A DNA stretch of 47,093 bases from a virus (taxonomy: Duplodnaviria > Caudoviricetes): the IMG/VR virus record IMGVR_UViG_3300010383_000115, positions 1 through 47,093 of that record; one strand, written 5' to 3'. Shown in pieces: positions 9,488 through 19,294 of this stretch. A program made the position numbers and the translations under genes. Under the pieces are notes generated by a model. The model had not been told where the DNA came from. It made no database searches and saw nothing but the letters and a program-made list of their open reading frames with translations. How positions within the stretch are numbered: position 1 is the stretch's first letter; the number at the start of each line of letters is the position of its first letter.

Positions 9488-10084
9488 TTATTTGCATTTC
9501 TTGTTAAAGCACTTTGCATTCAGAGTGCTTTCGATTGTGTAATTAATCTTGAAATAAATGTGTTCGGGCTGTATGAAGTAATCTACATTTTTGTACTCTT
9601 CATTGAATACCCGCTCTGCGTTAAGGACTATTTCATTGATTGTAATAGTGCATTGTTTTAGGCCGGCTTCTGTACTTTGAGCTTTGGTAAGAAGCCCCGG
9701 CATATAGGCGCTTAATTCAAGCGCTAGCTCGTCTGTGGTGCATTTAAAAACATTCCTGTTTGCAAATACAACCATTGAGGTGCGAACAGAATATAGACGA
9801 TCATTATCACCATCACCATACCCACCCTGACGGGCTATTTTAGTAGCTATGATGTTATCTGCACGATGATAAACGACTATATCCTTGTCATCATCCACAC
9901 CAGAATATTGAAAATCCCCTTTATCGTAGATATAAGGAGCGATTTTTTCTTTGTCATCATTCACCTTCTTTTCCTTTACCTGCTGGGCCAGCCTGAAGAA
10001 AGATGAATGCTTAACTACATCACTATCCAAGCTAGTAGATACTTGGTCATTGATAATGTCTAATATGTAGTTTAAGAATTTCAT
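9488..10084 (-). CDS. Putative tail terminator / completion protein
   Basis: Synteny and size only. Confidence 0.5.
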   Translation of the reverse strand: MKFLNYILDIINDQVSTSLDSDVVKHSSFFRLAQQVKEKKVNDDKEKIAPYIYDKGDFQYSGVDDDKDIVVYHRADNIIATKIARQGGYGDGDNDRLYSVRTSMVVFANRNVFKCTTDELALELSAYMPGLLTKAQSTEAGLKQCTITINEIVLNAERVFNEEYKNVDYFIQPEHIYFKINYTIESTLNAKCFNKKCK

Positions 10085-10533
10085 TTGTTCAATTCGTCTC
10101 TTAGTATTTCGTTAGCACGTTGAGCGGCGTACTCCCGTTCTTCAGTTGTGAGGTCGAAGATTACCTTATTAAAATGCTCCTCTACCCAGTGAGCTTTGTT
10201 TACATTCAGAATGTTCTTAAAACCTATACCCCATCCCTGTGTTGTCTCGATCACCGCCCAGTCATTTTCAAGTTGCCTGGTCAAACTAACTATTACCTTT
10301 TTATCAGCTGTTCGTTTATAGGCTTTTATCCTCAGCTTCAGGTAATTATTGTTATAGGTGCCTATCTGGTTACCGTCTGCTGCCTTACCTTCTTCATGGA
10401 TTCGCTCCGTTACCATGGAAAGAACATCAAAAGCTACAATCCTGAGTATCGGTTTTGGGTTTCGAATAAGATCTAACTTATCCTTTAAAGCACTTACAAG
10501 AACTTCACCGGTTATGTCGAACTTTATTCTCAT
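10081..10533 (-). CDS. Virion morphogenesis / neck protein
   Basis: ERIHEEGKAADG...V.LT.QL...AHWVE pattern; synteny. Confidence 0.6.
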   Translation of the reverse strand: MRIKFDITGEVLVSALKDKLDLIRNPKPILRIVAFDVLSMVTERIHEEGKAADGNQIGTYNNNYLKLRIKAYKRTADKKVIVSLTRQLENDWAVIETTQGWGIGFKNILNVNKAHWVEEHFNKVIFDLTTEEREYAAQRANEILRDELNK

Positions 10534-11516
10534 GGTATCCTTTCCACACCCTTCACTGGCTCCCTACACTCTATACAAGCATCATCATGCACCGTTAACC
10601 CCGCTACAATATCCGATAGCGCCTGTTCGTATTGAGCAGTGTACGCATCTCTTAATGCCTCTGCTTCATCTGCATTTACCGTTGTCAGCTCGTTTTTACG
10701 AACACTGAACATGCGTTCTGTCATCAGCTCCACCCCTAACAAATACATCCATGCTGGAGTAAATATCTCTTTTTGGTATGCTATGATGCTAGTGTATTCA
10801 CACGTAGCCATTATATCAGCACTCACACCATAGCTGATATTTGTTTTGCCAGTTATAGAAGGTGTGGCGATATCAGATTCCGCTCCATAAAGAATAGGAA
10901 CAGCTAACCGGCCAAACTCCCTGTATATGACATCACAGAAGCAGTCTAAAGCATTGGTGTGAATCGTTGAATGCTCCAGTTCAATACTGGTAGCGTCAAC
11001 AGCTATAAAAAGATAAGGTGTACCAAAAGCAGCGTTTACAGCGATCGCATTTGAACCCTCTACAGCACTTGCGATATTATAAGTACTTAATCCCTGTCCA
11101 TGCCTGTCAAATAACTTTACAGTAAGGTTAGATGCTGCTGCAGGTAGCTTTACATACACATTGGTAATATAGTAAGCAAAGAATCCATTATGATCGATCC
11201 CGCTGTTTACTACTATACCACGGTATTTATTGCCAACAGGAACCGTTTCGGTTGATTCAGTTGAATGAATCTGCACCAGTCCGCGACTACTCTTTATATT
11301 AAACCTATCCCGAAGCTTCATCCGCAAATCGGTAGTTAACCGCATCCACGCCCGGGATTGTATATCGTTCCAAAGGTTAACAAATGTTATCTGTTCTTCA
11401 TTAACTATGCGTTGCATGTCACGAAGACTAACACCAGGCAGCTCATTTATAAAACGGCCGCTTGCAGGTGAAGTATGATAACCCCTGATCCCGATATAGT
11501 TGGTAAGTGCTGACAT
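10530..11516 (-). CDS. Putative head-tail adaptor / structural protein
   Basis: Directly downstream of the capsid gene; helical N- and C-termini, ends CIEC. Confidence 0.5.
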   Translation of the reverse strand: MSALTNYIGIRGYHTSPASGRFINELPGVSLRDMQRIVNEEQITFVNLWNDIQSRAWMRLTTDLRMKLRDRFNIKSSRGLVQIHSTESTETVPVGNKYRGIVVNSGIDHNGFFAYYITNVYVKLPAAASNLTVKLFDRHGQGLSTYNIASAVEGSNAIAVNAAFGTPYLFIAVDATSIELEHSTIHTNALDCFCDVIYREFGRLAVPILYGAESDIATPSITGKTNISYGVSADIMATCEYTSIIAYQKEIFTPAWMYLLGVELMTERMFSVRKNELTTVNADEAEALRDAYTAQYEQALSDIVAGLTVHDDACIECREPVKGVERIP

Positions 11517-11524
11517 ATTTCAAG

Positions 11525-11554
11525 AAAAAGCCCCGCCCGAAAGCAGGGCTTTTT
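11525..11554 (-). terminator. Intrinsic terminator after the major capsid gene
   Basis: Minus strand AAAAAGCCCTGC-TTTCGG-GCGGGGCTTTTT. Confidence 0.85.
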
Positions 11555-11571
11555 ATAATAAGTGAAGAATA

Positions 11572-12717
11572 TTAAACTGACTCGCTGATATTATACCTCA
11601 GTGTACCGTTAGTACCGTACAGAGGATCTTCGTTGAAGTACAAGCCTGTAGGTTTCACGAACAGGCCACCACGCCACTTCAGGATAAGCAATACACCTTC
11701 TGAAACAGTACTTTCAACACCGTTCACTGTTACCTGTGTAGGACAGTCTATTTCTTTGATCTGAACGTCAAACATCAATTTGTCCAGGTAGTCCTGAGGA
11801 CAATGATATTCAGATACAGGCAGCGCCATGGAGAAGAAATTACTGTTAGCCAGTCTTTGTGCAAAGCTACCGGTGTACATGGTCCTATTCATTAAGTGAA
11901 TAGATCCTTTTTCAAATACGCCGATGTTGTTTGCACCCCATATATCGCGCGTATCCTTGTCATACCACACTGGAGGCTTATCACCCATCAGGCGGGCTTT
12001 ATTCATACCATTCGCAGCGGCGCCATCGGCAAACCAGTTTTTAACCAGGTCTAAGTTGGCGAACGGTCCGTTACCCACCATGAAGATATCGTTACAAATT
12101 TCATTCTCCCTCAAGTCTGCCAGCAAACGGATGAACGCATCATCCATAGTATTAGAATTGAGATTGAATGTAAGCGGCGTGGCAGTGTTATCACCGGAAA
12201 CGATGTTCTTACCCCACTGTGTACCCATTTCGGTAACCAATGCTTTATTTATGGAGCCAAGCATAGCCTGGCCACCTTCCACCAGCATTTCATACACCTC
12301 ACGCATTACCAGCGTTTCAGATTGCATTTCAGCAGCTCCTTCACTGTTAATTTTCACCATCTCGCTTGAATCCTTACAATACTGACGGATCAAGCTATTC
12401 GGGATATACAGAGGGTATTCCCTATAGATGAGTGATGGAAGCATGAATTCTTCGTATGCAGGCGTATTACCTGTATCACAGGCTGATTCTGTGTCGCTAA
12501 CATCCGATTCCAGCGGACGCTTACGATATTTAACACTTATGCTGCGAACGTGACCAGCATCATATTGGTCTTTTGTCAGGGGTTGCTCCCTGGCAGAGCC
12601 ATCCATTGATGAAAGTATAGACTGCGTAAAACCTAAGGGACGCAATTTCTTTGCAGGGTTTACACCTGCGAGTGCTTCGATGTGTTGGAGTATCGAAGGA
12701 CAATAGCCATTAGCCAT
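11572..12717 (-). CDS. Major capsid protein
   Basis: 381 aa, follows the scaffold, followed by a terminator. Confidence 0.8.
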   Translation of the reverse strand: MANGYCPSILQHIEALAGVNPAKKLRPLGFTQSILSSMDGSAREQPLTKDQYDAGHVRSISVKYRKRPLESDVSDTESACDTGNTPAYEEFMLPSLIYREYPLYIPNSLIRQYCKDSSEMVKINSEGAAEMQSETLVMREVYEMLVEGGQAMLGSINKALVTEMGTQWGKNIVSGDNTATPLTFNLNSNTMDDAFIRLLADLRENEICNDIFMVGNGPFANLDLVKNWFADGAAANGMNKARLMGDKPPVWYDKDTRDIWGANNIGVFEKGSIHLMNRTMYTGSFAQRLANSNFFSMALPVSEYHCPQDYLDKLMFDVQIKEIDCPTQVTVNGVESTVSEGVLLILKWRGGLFVKPTGLYFNEDPLYGTNGTLRYNISESV

Positions 12718-12738
12718 TACTAAAAAAGTTGTAGAAAA

Positions 12739-13638
12739 TTAGTTTTCTTCTTCGCTGAAAGCCTGCCTGTTTAGGCGGTTTAATTCAGCAATCCTATTGT
12801 TCCCTTTAGGGCCGTCGGTATCAGCGGTTATTACTTTAGCCTTACCTTCAGAGCCTTCTTTTTTGGGCGGTGCCGGTGGTGTGTTCACCACGATTAGTTT
12901 GTTTTGAGCCAATACTTCATCAATAAAAGACTTCGGATTGTATTTTGTGTGGTTGGCTCCGAGCAGGCTTGATCCATCTTTCGTGCGAACGATGAAATTA
13001 TCCTTATCATCAAAATCAAATTCCGCGTCTCTGTCCTTTAACGCTTTTCCTATAACTACGTTTATGCTGGCATTACGAGCATCAGACTCTAGGCCGTCAA
13101 AAACTGTTTTAACCTTATCCAGTTCACGAAGAAGATAAAAACCAATCTTATCGTTCTTACGCGCCAAACGCTCTGCTTCCAAAGCGCCTGCATGATCTGT
13201 ATTGATCTTTTTAATGTCTTCCAGAAGAGTATCAACCTGCTCCTGAAGGGCATTTTTGTCTTCCTTGTTCGGCGTGGCCGCTTTCATTGACTTAATCAAT
13301 GCAGTGAGGGTTTCATAACGCTGGTAGGTATTCTTGATACCTTTCAGCTCTGTTACCTTATCTTCAGGAAGACCTAATTCAGATATAATATCATCCATCT
13401 TTTTATCAAAGGCATTCAGCACCTGGGCCTTGTACACCTTTGAAATTTCCGGATGGTTATCCTTGGCTACATCAACACTCAACAGATTTTCATCAAGAGC
13501 CTTTATTACATCGCTGTGAACAGTGATCTTGCTAAGCTCTGAATTTGACAAAATATTAATTAGGTTCTGGTCATTAGCGTCAATACCTGCTTTAGTTGCA
13601 AGATGCTGTAAAAGTTGACCTAAATTTTTTACTTCCAT
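12739..13638 (-). CDS. Capsid scaffolding protein
   Basis: Charged coiled coil with Pro-rich C-terminal tail, immediately upstream of the capsid gene. Confidence 0.75.
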   Translation of the reverse strand: MEVKNLGQLLQHLATKAGIDANDQNLINILSNSELSKITVHSDVIKALDENLLSVDVAKDNHPEISKVYKAQVLNAFDKKMDDIISELGLPEDKVTELKGIKNTYQRYETLTALIKSMKAATPNKEDKNALQEQVDTLLEDIKKINTDHAGALEAERLARKNDKIGFYLLRELDKVKTVFDGLESDARNASINVVIGKALKDRDAEFDFDDKDNFIVRTKDGSSLLGANHTKYNPKSFIDEVLAQNKLIVVNTPPAPPKKEGSEGKAKVITADTDGPKGNNRIAELNRLNRQAFSEEEN

Positions 13639-13655
13639 TTTATGTGTGTTGCTTG

Positions 13656-13748
13656 TTAACGCCTCGGTTTCTTGGGTTTGCCGGTTGGCTTTGGCCTTGG
13701 TTTAGGCCTTATTCCACCACAGCAGTATATTATATCAACAAAAAGCAT
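13656..13748 (-). CDS. 30-aa basic Cys-Cys peptide MLFVDIIYCCGGIRPKPRPKPTGKPKKPRR
   Basis: Hand-translated; fills the gap between two head genes. Confidence 0.6.
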   Translation of the reverse strand: MLFVDIIYCCGGIRPKPRPKPTGKPKKPRR

Positions 13749-13751
13749 GGT

Positions 13752-14015
13752 TTAGTCCTCCTTCTGGGTGTTACCATCAGTTGTTTCATCTGAAGTCTTT
13801 TTCTTGGCAGGTGCTTTTTTAGCAGGAGCCTCATCTGATATCTCAGTGATGATATGCTTCAAATGTTTGGGCAACTTATTGTTTTGACTTTCCAGGTGTT
13901 TTTTAGCACCGATGCCCATGATGTTCTCTTTAAATACAGCCTTATTATCCTCATCGTATAAAAGGGTGTTACCATCAGTTGTTTGCGGTGTCTTTACTAA
14001 AAGTTGCTTTGCCAT
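13752..14015 (-). CDS. Hypothetical head-module protein
   Basis: First gene of the scaffold/capsid unit; APAKKAPAKK tail. Confidence 0.6.
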   Translation of the reverse strand: MAKQLLVKTPQTTDGNTLLYDEDNKAVFKENIMGIGAKKHLESQNNKLPKHLKHIITEISDEAPAKKAPAKKKTSDETTDGNTQKED

Positions 14016-14049
14016 AAACTTTGTTGATTAATCTGAAAACAAAGGTGAT

Positions 14050-14074
14050 TATTTATCTATTCAGTAGATAAATA
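14050..14074. promoter_or_regulatory. Palindromic operator copy 1 between divergent promoters
   Basis: TATTTATCTA-ttcag-TAGATAAATA; TATATTTG (-7 box) at 14076-14083 on +, CACCTTTG adjacent on -. Confidence 0.7.
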
Positions 14075-14110
14075 GTATATTTGAAAATTATCATAAACTG
14101 TGATAATATT

Positions 14111-14302
14111 ATGACAGAAGAAAAAGAAGAAGGATACAAGCCGAAAAGCATATATCTGAAGGAAATCCCTAAAGATGTGTATGACATTTTAATTGAAGAG
14201 CAGGCATATCTGAAGAAGAGATATCACTGTCAGCGATCGCTTTCGACTACTATCTACTCCATTATTAAAAAGCACAAACGTGACGCCGAAGCGGAACAAT
14301 AA
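14111..14302 (+). CDS. Small ribbon-helix-helix (Arc-like) regulator
   Basis: KSIYLKEIPKDVYDIL...RSLSTTIYSII strand-helix-helix pattern; ATG 14111 preferred over TTG 14081. Confidence 0.6.
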   Translation: MTEEKEEGYKPKSIYLKEIPKDVYDILIEEQAYLKKRYHCQRSLSTTIYSIIKKHKRDAEAEQ

Positions 14303-14504
14303 TTTTAGGAACCTCCCAGAAGGGGATGAACATATAATCCCTTATCATGATCGTGAACAGCACATTCACAGCGTCAACTGTATTTGCGAACCAGGTGTTA
14401 TTGTAGAGCGTTTTTCAGGAAAAATATTATTCATTCATAATATCCTCCCATCCACCAATCTACTTGATGGGTTTATCGACCTTACCCATCCTTCTCGCCC
14501 ATGA
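14280..14504 (+). CDS. Small His/Cys metal-binding protein
   Basis: HIIPYHD...H...CICEP...IHN. Confidence 0.5.
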   Translation: MTPKRNNNFRNLPEGDEHIIPYHDREQHIHSVNCICEPGVIVERFSGKILFIHNILPSTNLLDGFIDLTHPSRP

Positions 14505-15410
14505 TTGATATGCGGCTGTAGCATACACAGCATTCCTTACCTCAATAGGTACAAGATTCTCACTTACCGGGCGGAGCTGGTGGCCGCAATTGTAACCCCC
14601 ACGGTTAACCATAAAGTTATCGGGCGTTGTATCTGGATACATCCCTTCAGGCAATCCTTTATATAGTTTCCCATCGAACTCATCGAATTCTGGGAAGTCT
14701 CCTATGATGATTGAAGGTAGCTCACTGGCATGCAGCCATTTCTTCTTTGTACAGGCTAAGCAAAACGCCCGGGACGTAGCCAGGTTACTACCCGCATATC
14801 TCCACCATTCAAAACCAAGATCGTTACTTATGAGCTGTGTATATTCCCCGCTGAATTGGTTTATAGCATCAGTAGTGATCTGCTTAGTATAACGGAATAG
14901 GCTACCATCACCGGTATCGTTATTGGTAAGGTTATCTTCTAATACTTTCTGAAGGCTGGTATAACTGCCTCCGGAGGTGATATTCTTTCTTAGTATATCT
15001 TCTATGCCGGCTATTACATTGGCACCAATACCACGTTCAGTAAGATTATCTACAACAGATTCAACGGCCTGGTTCTTAATATCATTTGCAAATGTAGGAG
15101 GAGTAAAATTATCTACTACAGCATTAAAGTACTGGTTCTGCAAATTGGTGATGGTATTGAAGGCTCCGACGTAATCCTTCACCCCTTGGATATAATCCGA
15201 GTTCAAAACAATAGACTGCAGCTTACTCTTGATCTCCGCTATCTTACGGACATTGGCCGCTGACAATACTATATCCCCGTTCTTCAGCTCCAGAGTAGTG
15301 AGTTCCAAACGAATTCTGTCAAGCAATTGCTGCTGAATACCTGGTATCCGCTTATTAAATTCGTCTACTACATTCTGCAGCAGATCTATGAGAGGTTTAA
15401 AGTCCTGCAT
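14460..15410 (-). CDS. Minor capsid / head morphogenesis protein
   Basis: Y.G....SRAFC and RGGYNCGHQL motifs; follows the portal. Confidence 0.8.
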   Translation of the reverse strand: MQDFKPLIDLLQNVVDEFNKRIPGIQQQLLDRIRLELTTLELKNGDIVLSAANVRKIAEIKSKLQSIVLNSDYIQGVKDYVGAFNTITNLQNQYFNAVVDNFTPPTFANDIKNQAVESVVDNLTERGIGANVIAGIEDILRKNITSGGSYTSLQKVLEDNLTNNDTGDGSLFRYTKQITTDAINQFSGEYTQLISNDLGFEWWRYAGSNLATSRAFCLACTKKKWLHASELPSIIIGDFPEFDEFDGKLYKGLPEGMYPDTTPDNFMVNRGGYNCGHQLRPVSENLVPIEVRNAVYATAAYQSWARRMGKVDKPIK

Positions 15411-17167
15411 TATTGTGCTGTAACGTCTGAAATAATTTGTTTACCGACAGATGCAGCTTGTACCTGTTCAGTTGCATAAGCCTTGATGATACTTTGCTGT
15501 TCTTTCAGGGCCATAGCGTAAAATGCATCTCCTTTCTCATCCAAAGCCCTATTAATAAATTCATGGATATTACTACTCATGATATAGGTTTCTTTGGTTA
15601 TACCCCCGTTTTGCAGCCTCATCACCTTATCATCTTCACTGATATTTGGTAACGGGTCGAGCTTCAATGTAAGAGACAATCTATCCCGTACTTCAGGCTC
15701 TGTATTGAATCGCTTATTTGCATATTCAATTTCAAGAGCATTGACGATAACAGGGTTTACCTTGTTCTGTTTGGCTTTGCTAAGACCGTCTTCCATTACC
15801 TGTGCACTGAAGATATCGAAACGCTCCGGTACATTGATTACAGGCAACATATCAGCACGTTCATGAGGATCAGAGACAACCATTGAATATCTCATTTCAT
15901 TGATAACGAACGCTACCTTATCAATCATAGCTACAATATCTTCAGCACATGAATGCACAAAGTTGTTCGTTTCGTCCGCATCATAAGCCTTGGCTATACC
16001 GCTTTCATTCAATGGCTTTTCAAACAGGAATTCCATATTTATAGCAGCGAGGCCATGCCAGATATGGCTGTCTATACGATCGTCCTGCGTTTTTACTATC
16101 TCTACGCTCTTCTGTACATATCCCAATGGTGGCGTAGGTATTTGCGATTCCCCAGCCATTGGCTTAGGCACTATCAGTGCTGAATATGGTCCACGCTTAC
16201 GGGCACCGGTACCTTTACAGGTAGGACAGGTCATTTCATCCATATTAAAGCCAGGGTACTTAACAGTGCCCCTGCCTTTACACTCGCTGCAATCATCGGT
16301 TCCCATTTCCCATTTCTCGGAATGGATATGTTGTACTACTTCTGCCTGCAAATCGCTGTACTCCCTGGCAGCTTCATCGAAGCGCTCCATCATAGGTGCC
16401 AGACGGCTTTCATTGATGAATACACCTCCATAGCTACTTTTAACAACACCCCTAAACTTGAAAGCGGGGCAGATGCCTAAGCCATGCACCCACTCCCACG
16501 TAATTTTGAATTTACGCCCTGTACCTATCTGGTCCCATCGCTGGATATATTCAGTAGTCACTACCCAATAGCGGTCACCGTATGATGTAGTTTCACCATC
16601 CCTGTACACTACCTTTTCAGCATCGAGCAATACAGCAAAGTCATCTTCTTTAGCATCGATAACCTGCTCACTCTTGAAGATATAAGGATAAGGACGAACG
16701 TACTCATTCGGCTGGATATCATCGTCAACAGGCTTTACCAGTATCCATGAATTGGCATCTACACCCCATTCGCGGAGCAGTAACCCAAAGGCCCAGTTTG
16801 TAATACTGGTGAAATATGGGAATACGTTAAGCAGGTAGCTATTAAGTCGTTCCTCCTCAACTACCCGATTGGGAAAAGCATTTTCATTGAACTTTATACT
16901 CCATTCAGTAGAGCGGCGTATTTTGTTCAAAGATGTGAGTACCTTATTAACGTATGGCTTTGTAATGGCCTTCCATATCTTCTCACGGTATTCTTTAATC
17001 TCTTCACTTTCATTAGGCCGGCGGCATCCGATCAGCTCTTCGTCAAATATACCGTCTGCGTGTATCTTCACACGATTGGCTATTTCTACAGTTTCATCGT
17101 AGCCTGTATGAAAGTGTTTACCGGAAAAATATCGCTTCAGTTGCGTTGCGTCAAGTGTTGTAGGCAT
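15410..17167 (-). CDS. Portal protein with CxxCxGxG zinc-finger insertion
   Basis: 585 aa; WVHGLGICP, ESGIAK portal-like motifs; precedes the minor head gene. Confidence 0.8.
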   Translation of the reverse strand: MPTTLDATQLKRYFSGKHFHTGYDETVEIANRVKIHADGIFDEELIGCRRPNESEEIKEYREKIWKAITKPYVNKVLTSLNKIRRSTEWSIKFNENAFPNRVVEEERLNSYLLNVFPYFTSITNWAFGLLLREWGVDANSWILVKPVDDDIQPNEYVRPYPYIFKSEQVIDAKEDDFAVLLDAEKVVYRDGETTSYGDRYWVVTTEYIQRWDQIGTGRKFKITWEWVHGLGICPAFKFRGVVKSSYGGVFINESRLAPMMERFDEAAREYSDLQAEVVQHIHSEKWEMGTDDCSECKGRGTVKYPGFNMDEMTCPTCKGTGARKRGPYSALIVPKPMAGESQIPTPPLGYVQKSVEIVKTQDDRIDSHIWHGLAAINMEFLFEKPLNESGIAKAYDADETNNFVHSCAEDIVAMIDKVAFVINEMRYSMVVSDPHERADMLPVINVPERFDIFSAQVMEDGLSKAKQNKVNPVIVNALEIEYANKRFNTEPEVRDRLSLTLKLDPLPNISEDDKVMRLQNGGITKETYIMSSNIHEFINRALDEKGDAFYAMALKEQQSIIKAYATEQVQAASVGKQIISDVTAQ

Positions 17168-18036
17168 TACATAGTAATTCTATCGTTTAGGAAAATGCGT
17201 TTTGATTGAATCTTATAAAAGTGCTTCAATCCGAGTTTAGTACATGCTGCCTGTACTATATGATCGTGTAGGGTTTTCAGTTTAGGAGATACTACATTCC
17301 CCCCGAAACTGATAGCATTGTATTGTTTATTGATAATTCTCAATTCAGGAACATAACCTTGATGTATGTTTGGCCAGTAGGCTGGATGCCACGGGCTTTG
17401 TTGCAGTTCGATGCCATTTAAACACAAAGATATATTAAGAGCAAATTCATCAGTTACTGCACCACCCAATTTTATTACATCTATTTTTGGGCTTCTTCTG
17501 ATTTTACGAGCTGTACCAAAGATCTTATTTGTAGTAGCAGACTTTCTGAAGAGAATAAATTCGCACCTGGTCTGGTATATCTTACCTTTTAAATCGTAGG
17601 CCGCAACGATCTCCTCCAAATTACCCCAGAAGGTATATATGCCGCTTGTAGTATCGGTATCACTGGATAAATCAACATAACCCTCGTTTACTGTAGCGTA
17701 ATCACATCCATCTAATGCAGCAAATACCTCTGAAGGCTTGCCAGCCATCCAAAGCATATCAACATCCATAGATAACGTTTCATCGAACGGAGAAAGCTTG
17801 TTCAGACTCATGCGGGTATCGTTGGCCTTCTTTATTCCGGTTTCACCTCCCGATACTGATATTACCTGGTCGAAGATCTTCTTTTTCTCTTCGTCAAGAT
17901 GTCTTAGTGCATCATCGTCTGTGATAACAGCAATTGGCATATCTGCCTCTGCAGCTTTTAATGTGACTGCAAGGTTATAGGCCATACGCCCGTAATATGG
18001 ATGGCCAAACGCCATTAACAAAATACCTCTTTTCAT
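17167..18036 (-). CDS. GT-A fold glycosyltransferase
   Basis: KRGILLMA N-terminal strand; LSPFDETLSMDVD (DxD); TDEFAL; start at 18036 preferred. Confidence 0.75.
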   Translation of the reverse strand: MKRGILLMAFGHPYYGRMAYNLAVTLKAAEADMPIAVITDDDALRHLDEEKKKIFDQVISVSGGETGIKKANDTRMSLNKLSPFDETLSMDVDMLWMAGKPSEVFAALDGCDYATVNEGYVDLSSDTDTTSGIYTFWGNLEEIVAAYDLKGKIYQTRCEFILFRKSATTNKIFGTARKIRRSPKIDVIKLGGAVTDEFALNISLCLNGIELQQSPWHPAYWPNIHQGYVPELRIINKQYNAISFGGNVVSPKLKTLHDHIVQAACTKLGLKHFYKIQSKRIFLNDRITM

Positions 18037-18050
18037 TTTATAATTTTTGG

Positions 18051-19292
18051 TTAACAATGTGATGATCCATTCCACGTACCGCTTACTGTCATTGTGTTCA
18101 CGCTTGTAGGTGTCTCCACTTTTATGGAAAACAAAGGCAGGTTTGTATGTGCCAGGAATGGACTATTTTTTATTTTGAACGTTACCGTTTTAGCTACTAA
18201 GTTTATTGTCGGCTGTGCATTTAAAAGTCCCGATTGCCAGAAAACAAAAGATACTGTCCTTGGCGTGCTGCATGATGCCAGTAATGTAGAGATGTTGACT
18301 ACAAACGTATCGCAGGCATAATACTCACCTATGTTGTAGATAGATGAAGACGATGGATCTTCATAAGTGTTGCAATCTTCACAGTTATCACGTTTCAGCA
18401 TCCAGCCGTTGTGCCATGCTTTGAATGAGATCTTTGATAATGGATATCCGAGCTCCTTATGGCTCTGTAATTCCAGGTCACCATCTTTTACAATTTCAAA
18501 GGCCTGTCCTTGTCCGTATATCTTCTTTGTTTCGTGCATCAGAGCAGCTACAAAGGCATCTATAGCCCACTGAGGCATGTAATCTGTTTCGAAATCATAC
18601 TGCTTATAGGTTATGTCCTTTGTAACTTTCCTTTGGCCGTTGCTCTTTACATAAACAGCCTGTTCTTGTTTGTAAGCCGGATTACTCCAGAAGATAGGTA
18701 GGCGTAACCTGTTTTTAAAGTTTGTGTTCGCACAATAATTGAACCCATAATCATCGGTAGGATGTTGATACTCGAGAACATTCGTATAATCTTCATCGAC
18801 TATCTCCATGCAGTTGGATATACCCAACATAACAGGCCCGGCACCTACATCATACCCAAAACGCAACTGGAAACAGTCCCCTATGTCAAGGTTGTGTTCA
18901 CTACCATCCGGGTTAGGAATTATCAAATGATTGAAGGGGTATCTCCAGCTTAACAGGAATTTGGTATCTGTCAACCTTATCTTTTCAATAAACTGGCCGT
19001 TACTTACATTAGCAGCATTCGGCCATTTATATGCGGTTAGGTCTACCGGTGTATTTATGCCCTTTGACAATAAGAAAAACATATTGTCTTTGTCAAGGCT
19101 ACATAATAAAGCAGTTTCGGTACTATCTGACGCTTCGAGATAAAATTGAAAGTAAAGATCATCTTCCTTTGCTACCGGTAAACACCATGCTATATCTGTA
19201 CCTGGTAACTGTTTTTCGTTCCAGTCATTTACAGGGGTGTAACTGCTGGCAAACTTGACGAAAGAAAAATAGTTTGAAGTAATCGAGATCAT
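18051..19292 (-). CDS. Minor tail / baseplate protein
   Basis: Second gene after the tape measure gene; beta-rich and Cys-rich. Confidence 0.55.
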   Translation of the reverse strand: MISITSNYFSFVKFASSYTPVNDWNEKQLPGTDIAWCLPVAKEDDLYFQFYLEASDSTETALLCSLDKDNMFFLLSKGINTPVDLTAYKWPNAANVSNGQFIEKIRLTDTKFLLSWRYPFNHLIIPNPDGSEHNLDIGDCFQLRFGYDVGAGPVMLGISNCMEIVDEDYTNVLEYQHPTDDYGFNYCANTNFKNRLRLPIFWSNPAYKQEQAVYVKSNGQRKVTKDITYKQYDFETDYMPQWAIDAFVAALMHETKKIYGQGQAFEIVKDGDLELQSHKELGYPLSKISFKAWHNGWMLKRDNCEDCNTYEDPSSSSIYNIGEYYACDTFVVNISTLLASCSTPRTVSFVFWQSGLLNAQPTINLVAKTVTFKIKNSPFLAHTNLPLFSIKVETPTSVNTMTVSGTWNGSSHC

Positions 19293-19294
19293 GA

